This document shows positions 15,545 to 20,291 of a stretch of 20,291 nt of DNA, one piece after another. The DNA comes from Candidatus Micrarchaeota archaeon. Its GTDB lineage: Archaea > Micrarchaeota > Micrarchaeia > Anstonellales > Bilamarchaeaceae. The position numbers and the translations under genes are program-made. The notes beneath the pieces are model-generated. The model was given only the letters and a program-made list of their open reading frames with translations, was not told the DNA's origin and did no database searches. Every line of letters begins with the position of its first letter. Within the stretch, counting starts at the first letter, position 1. Location: contig JBDRLQ010000006.1 in the NCBI GenBank assembly GCA_043812915.1, forward strand, positions 1-20,291. The letters run 5' to 3'.

Positions 15545-17697
15545 GCCTGAAAGGGTCCATTGCCGCTTTCGCGCTGCTGCTCGCGATACTGGTCGGCTAC
15601 AGCATGCTCTTAGCGCCCCATGAAAAGCCCGCCGAGCCAGCGGTTTCCGAGAATTTCTCATTCGACATGTCCATCCTGGAATACGGCCTGCTTGACAGCG
15701 GCAGTGGGGAGGGCTCCAGGGCATTCGTAACAGCCCAGATAGAGTCCTATGGAACCGAGAATGCCACGATAGAGATGCTGCTGCTGGAGAAAAAGCCCCT
15801 GGAGAAGGTATATGTTGTCGTGGACTACTATTCCTCAGCAGAGAAAAGGGCGATAACGGACGGGATTGAAAGGAGGCTTCTGGAATACGGCATCGAAGCC
15901 GAGAGCATCTACCTTTACGAGGCAGAGGGGATTGAGGATGGGGTAATAATCATACCTTCGGATGCGATGCCGGACAGGATTCCTTCCGAGAGCTTCGGAA
16001 GCATCCTGAACGGGAATGCGGTAATATTTTTCGGCAAGCCCCTGGACGTCGCAATGGACCACTCGGGCTCCCAGAGCGTAATCGGCAGCAGGCTTTATGG
16101 TGAGCTGAACCTCACATATGATGAGCGAAACGGGATATCAAGCTCTTTCGGGGGCCCGAACATCCACAGGGCCGGAAGCGCGCAGGTTGCGGAGTATGGG
16201 GATGGGTATCTGGTCCTCTACGGGGACCTTGTTTCCCCGGGATATTCTGACGAGGTCGCCTCGCTTATACTCGGGCAGTCATGGCAGTCCGGAAGGGAGT
16301 GGACCTCAGTCACGCCCGGGCTGGAGGGGGGCATTGAGGCGTTGGGCCTTTTCACAGACCGGGTTGAGCCGGGGGATTATTACCTCAGAATTCTTGTCGA
16401 TGCCTCATCAGGGATGGACTCCGCACTCGGGCTATTCGACATAGGCCAGCTAAGGGACAGGGATGACACGCTGAGGCTGCCGGATGTTTCTGGCAGCGGC
16501 TCACCAATAGAATATTCCTTCGAACTGAGGGATGAGCTGGATTATCCGACGATGTTCGAACTGAGCCTTCGCTTTTTCAAGGATGGGGGGATTGTTGATA
16601 CTGTATTCGCAGAGCCCATTACGATGAAGACCATTTCGCGCGAGAGCGGCAGTGTTGAGGCTAACCTGAGCGCTGGGGATTATGTGGTCAGGCTCATCGA
16701 CCAGGATGGCAGGATTCACGCATCCGCATACACTCATATCCAGGAAGTGGACATCGAGCTTGTTAGGATAGCCGGCGCGGACCACGTGTTCCTGATCAAG
16801 GTTGACGGGAAGCCCGCCGAGTCGGTCCCGGTCACGCTAACTGCTAACGGGAATGCGGTCTTCGAGATGCACACGAACAAGAATGGGGAAATCAGGAAGG
16901 CGCTCTCCCTTGCCGAGGGGACGCACACATTCAAGGCCGAAGTTGGCGGGGAGAGCGGGATAACGTATTACAGGAAAGGGGGCGCTGGCGCCTCGGGGAT
17001 GCTCTACCTTGTGATGCTCCTTGGGGGCGCATTCCTGGTTGCCGCAATGGCGGTAAAATCCAGGGGCGGCCGGAAATGGGGCATAAGGACCCACCTCAGG
17101 CCTGCCGCTGCCTCAAGAACGCTCAAAATCCCCCATGGCACATTCATCGAGATATTCAGGAGGACCCAGGAGGACCGTGCGGCCGGGCTGCCGATTTCAG
17201 TTTCAGACCTCCGGATTGGGATGCACAAGCACTCTGTTTTCAGGGGATCGCCCGTTTTCCTGACCGATTCCAACATCTACCATGTTCTTGACTCGCTTGT
17301 CCGCAAGGGGCGCTTCCTCTCTTACGGTGGCTATTTCCTGCCATCAGAGATGGCTGGCGGGAAACCGATAGAGTACTGGGTCATCAGGAGGAAGCTCTCG
17401 GATTATTTCATCGAGAGGGGGGAGGAGCTGCCAGTAGTTAAGGGAGCTGACTTTCAGGTCAGGGGAAAGATGCTCCACATATGGCAGGAGCTGGACCCGG
17501 AGCTTCTGGCTTCCCTGGCAAGGAAGGCGGACAACATAATCATATTCCCTGATTCCCGGAGGAAGGGGGAATTCATGAAGAAGGCATCCTGCCCGGATCC
17601 CTCATGGATGAAGGTATTGCTCGAGATACAGTATGGAAGGATTTACTGCCAGACCCTTGATGAGTTCCTGGAGCGGGGGTTGTATGGCAAGGGCTGA
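15541..17697 (+). CDS. Membrane-anchored surface protein with an acidic beta-rich/Ig-like ectodomain, a TM segment and a ~213-aa cytoplasmic domain
   Basis: N-terminal signal/anchor, sequons NFS, NAT, NLT and NLS, a membrane-proximal Ig-like motif (DGKPAESVPVTLT...TNKNG), TM at 16996-17055, and a basic cytoplasmic tail. Confidence 0.8.
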   Translation: MSLKGSIAAFALLLAILVGYSMLLAPHEKPAEPAVSENFSFDMSILEYGLLDSGSGEGSRAFVTAQIESYGTENATIEMLLLEKKPLEKVYVVVDYYSSAEKRAITDGIERRLLEYGIEAESIYLYEAEGIEDGVIIIPSDAMPDRIPSESFGSILNGNAVIFFGKPLDVAMDHSGSQSVIGSRLYGELNLTYDERNGISSSFGGPNIHRAGSAQVAEYGDGYLVLYGDLVSPGYSDEVASLILGQSWQSGREWTSVTPGLEGGIEALGLFTDRVEPGDYYLRILVDASSGMDSALGLFDIGQLRDRDDTLRLPDVSGSGSPIEYSFELRDELDYPTMFELSLRFFKDGGIVDTVFAEPITMKTISRESGSVEANLSAGDYVVRLIDQDGRIHASAYTHIQEVDIELVRIAGADHVFLIKVDGKPAESVPVTLTANGNAVFEMHTNKNGEIRKALSLAEGTHTFKAEVGGESGITYYRKGGAGASGMLYLVMLLGGAFLVAAMAVKSRGGRKWGIRTHLRPAAASRTLKIPHGTFIEIFRRTQEDRAAGLPISVSDLRIGMHKHSVFRGSPVFLTDSNIYHVLDSLVRKGRFLSYGGYFLPSEMAGGKPIEYWVIRRKLSDYFIERGEELPVVKGADFQVRGKMLHIWQELDPELLASLARKADNIIIFPDSRRKGEFMKKASCPDPSWMKVLLEIQYGRIYCQTLDEFLERGLYGKG

Positions 17698-20291
17698 GCT
17701 GCTTTTTCTTCTGCTATTTCTATCGTGCTCCTATGGGCTTATTGACCCTCCAATTTTGGAGGTGCACCAGCACAACATAGATAACGCGCCCCCGGATGAA
17801 GTTCTGCATGAGAACGCACTTGACCTGGAGGAGCGGACCCCGACCCTTGAAAACCCGAGGGTTTTCTTCTACGTCAGGATTCTTACGATTAGCCCGTCCG
17901 TGAACTACAGCATCAACTCGAAGATGCATCCTGAACTAATCTGGCTTGTCGCAGAGCAGCACCAGAGGAGCTTCACCGAGGAAGGGGGGGACGAGGACTC
18001 GTGCACAGCCTGGAGGCGGGAGAGGACTTATGGGGACCTTGAGATTGGCACTGTCAGGGCGGAATACACTGTTGACGGGCTAATCGAGAGCCAGGAGGGG
18101 GAGACCGTCTTCAATATCGCCAATGAGACCCAGCTTCTGGCAAACAATGAGACGTACAGCTCGATTATGAGGGTCCCATTCGACCGGCCATGGACATCCG
18201 CCCTGCTTGACCTTTTTACCCACCACATCTTGGGGGACATGATTGACCTGACCAGCTATGAGGAATCGCTTGCATATGCATCCCCATATCCTGCCGGCAG
18301 CATTGACCCAAAGAACGTGACCCGGGATGCAATCAGGGTGGTGAACCCGCACCTGAATGTGACGCTTTATGCGCGGTTCAGCATACCATATGTCGGCACA
18401 TACCGGCAGCAGGAAGAGGACGAGGATGACGACTGCAGCTGGGGGGATACGGTGGATGAAGAGGGAAACTATCCGTTGTATGATGAGGATTTTGCCTCTT
18501 ATGAAGTCCAGAATGACTACATGACGCTGATTCCTTATTCCCCGCATTTCTTTTCCTTTGAGGCCAATGTAACTGAGGACGTGCCCCTTGTCACTTCCCT
18601 CTTCTCCAATTCGAAGCTTTACAAATACTATTCGACCATGGACGGAGAGACCGCAGCTTTCCATTACCTGAATTCATTCGAGGTTGTCAATGACAGCTAT
18701 GGCATGCAGACCATCATGGCGGTTCCGGCAGAGAAGGGGCTGCTCATCCTGGAGGATCCAAGGGCCGCAGAGAACTATACCGGGCAGCATACCATCGTGC
18801 TGACCAGGGAAGGAGAGGTCCTCCGGAACGCCGGGCAGCTCAATTCCATTGACTACAATTATTCCAAGGTATATTACATCAATGAGTTCTTCTACAACCT
18901 TTCTGAGGGCGAGCATGATATCGGGATGGAGTTCTACACCTGGTTCGGGCAGTACAACGCAAGCTACAACCTCACCGTGCGCTCTGATACCAGCTTAAGG
19001 GTCGATGCCAGGCACGCTGGGGATGGAATGATGGTTGCCACCTGCCTGCTGAGCGCCAGGGGGATTCCGGTTGCCGGGCAATCTGTCGAGATGACGGTCG
19101 GGAACGAGACAAGGCATGCCGTTACGAACGGGCTTGGGATGGGCGAGGCCGAATTCAGCCCCATGGCCAGCCGTGGTATTGTGACCGCTGAATTCAGGGG
19201 TACGGCAGGCTTGATTCCATCCAGTGCCATGGGCCATTATTATGTGCCTATGGAAAGCGAATCCGGCTGGGGAGTGCTGGACGACAACCTGGGCCTCCTG
19301 ATTCTGCTAAGCATGATGTTCGCAGTTGCCGCCTTCAGCGCAATGAATGCAGCCACAACCAGCTTGCTAGCTGGAGGAGCCGCATTCGGCTCAATGTTCA
19401 ACAAGCTCTTCCCCTTCGCCAAGGGGCTGCCCAGGGGAAAGAAGATGATCAGGGTGAAGAAGGGCAAGGAAGCCCTGGCATCGATTGCAATGGCAGTGCT
19501 GACCGGAGGGGCGAGTGCCGGGGCTGGCGGAAAGTTCATCATGGAAAAACTCGGCGAAAAGGCTGCCGAGAAAGGCGTGAAGGACAAGGTTGCAAAAGAA
19601 GCCGGGAAGAAGGTTGAGAAGAAGGCGGCCGAAAAGGCAGGGAAAGGTGGGCTTGACAAGAAGACGAAGGCCAGGATAGAATTTGAAGGCGGAGCAGCCC
19701 CTGGAGGAGAGCCCGGGGATGACAAAGGAAAGAAGAGATACACGCCAGAACAAGTGAAGGAAATCGAAAAAAGGGAGAATGAAAAGGATGCAAAAGAAAG
19801 AAAAGAAAGAGAAAAGGCACGCGCCAGATTCAGAAGGTCCCAGGACAAGGTTTCCCCCAAAGTTGTTGGAGAGGTAAGAGATGCTTTTAGGAATGCAAGG
19901 GAAGAAAAGATTAGAGAGGTTGAGAGAGTCCTTTCAGAGAGAGGGGATGAAGGATTCCGGTCTGAAAGCCTGGAGAGACTAAGAGGGACAAAGATTTATG
20001 TGGTGGAGCAGAACACCTGGGCATCCGAGATGGAGAGGATTGAGAAGGATCCAAGTTCAACGTATGCTTATTATGACCGTGAATCCAACGAAATATATGT
20101 TAGCCAAAAACGTGCTCATTTAGATTCTACGAGGGAGAAAAGCATCAGACATGAAGTTGACCATGTGGTGTGCAATTACCAGAGCACAATTTTATGTGAA
20201 GGCCATGCTGACGCATCCGCAAAAATGCAGATGGGTGAGAGATTCCACCCCATGCTTGTCACTTATGAATACCCAATGAAGACATATGAGA
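17684..20291 (+). CDS. Large (>869 aa, 3'-truncated) surface-anchored protein with a C-terminal HExxH zinc metallopeptidase domain; polymorphic toxin/effector-like
   Basis: Translated by hand from ATG 17684 with no stop before the window end. Signal peptide MARAELLFLLLFLSCSYG; 13 N-X-S/T sequons; Ig-like domain; TM 19289-19345; LTGGASAGAGG; Lys-rich linker; AYYD...IYV; HEVDH (20150-20164); EGHAD (from 20198). Confidence 0.85.
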   Translation, partial: MARAELLFLLLFLSCSYGLIDPPILEVHQHNIDNAPPDEVLHENALDLEERTPTLENPRVFFYVRILTISPSVNYSINSKMHPELIWLVAEQHQRSFTEEGGDEDSCTAWRRERTYGDLEIGTVRAEYTVDGLIESQEGETVFNIANETQLLANNETYSSIMRVPFDRPWTSALLDLFTHHILGDMIDLTSYEESLAYASPYPAGSIDPKNVTRDAIRVVNPHLNVTLYARFSIPYVGTYRQQEEDEDDDCSWGDTVDEEGNYPLYDEDFASYEVQNDYMTLIPYSPHFFSFEANVTEDVPLVTSLFSNSKLYKYYSTMDGETAAFHYLNSFEVVNDSYGMQTIMAVPAEKGLLILEDPRAAENYTGQHTIVLTREGEVLRNAGQLNSIDYNYSKVYYINEFFYNLSEGEHDIGMEFYTWFGQYNASYNLTVRSDTSLRVDARHAGDGMMVATCLLSARGIPVAGQSVEMTVGNETRHAVTNGLGMGEAEFSPMASRGIVTAEFRGTAGLIPSSAMGHYYVPMESESGWGVLDDNLGLLILLSMMFAVAAFSAMNAATTSLLAGGAAFGSMFNKLFPFAKGLPRGKKMIRVKKGKEALASIAMAVLTGGASAGAGGKFIMEKLGEKAAEKGVKDKVAKEAGKKVEKKAAEKAGKGGLDKKTKARIEFEGGAAPGGEPGDDKGKKRYTPEQVKEIEKRENEKDAKERKEREKARARFRRSQDKVSPKVVGEVRDAFRNAREEKIREVERVLSERGDEGFRSESLERLRGTKIYVVEQNTWASEMERIEKDPSSTYAYYDRESNEIYVSQKRAHLDSTREKSIRHEVDHVVCNYQSTILCEGHADASAKMQMGERFHPMLVTYEYPMKTYE

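Noticed and set aside
17984..17990. G7 tract in the large ORF as a phase-variation switch
   Set aside because: It is in frame (Gly-Gly-Asp) and short, and similar G runs occur elsewhere in this G-rich sequence. There is no evidence without reads.
19545..19830. Purine-rich quasi-repeats (GAGAAGAAGG, AAAAGAAAG) as a DNA repeat or CRISPR array
   Set aside because: They are explained by the Lys/Glu/Ala-rich protein linker. There is no fixed-length repeat-spacer periodicity anywhere in the window.
18028..19860. Minus-strand ORFs listed in the track across 18-19.9 kb
   Set aside because: All are antisense shadows of the continuous plus-strand ORF starting at 17684.
10552..20291. Integrated conjugative element or provirus
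   Set aside because: No integrase, relaxase, att repeat, tRNA or viral gene is visible, and the codon style matches the flanking genes. This cannot be fully excluded because the right end lies outside the window.

Overview
This is a densely coded archaeal chromosomal segment. The evidence is GGTGA/GAGGTG ribosome-binding sites, TTTWAA TATA boxes and surface proteins rich in N-X-S/T sequons; a DPANN/Micrarchaeota-like origin is my inference only. The left half (1-10008) is a surface-glycan cluster: three methyltransferases including an NDP-hexose C-methyltransferase, an RfbG-like dehydratase carrying a 1-nt frameshift, an RfbD-like reductase, GT-B, GT4, GT2 and GT-C glycosyltransferases, and a stomatin/SPFH gene. 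The right half (10552 to the window end) is one tightly coupled operon of at least 9 genes resembling a domesticated type IV secretion / Ced-like machine. It encodes a VirB2/CedA1-like pilin, a VirB6/CedA-like membrane protein, a membrane-anchored protein resembling a VirB3/VirB4 N-terminal part, a VirB4/CedB-like ATPase, three accessory proteins and an Ig-domain membrane protein. One of the accessory proteins is a 47-aa ORF missing from the ORF track. The last gene is a >869-aa ORF, also missing from the track, with polymorphic-toxin architecture: signal peptide, glycosylated ectodomain, TM segment, TG/Gly-rich and Lys-rich linker, then a HExxH metallopeptidase tip with sharply different codon usage. 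I saw no rRNA, tRNA, CRISPR array, relaxase, integrase or transposase. All family calls come from motif recognition by eye, not from database searches.
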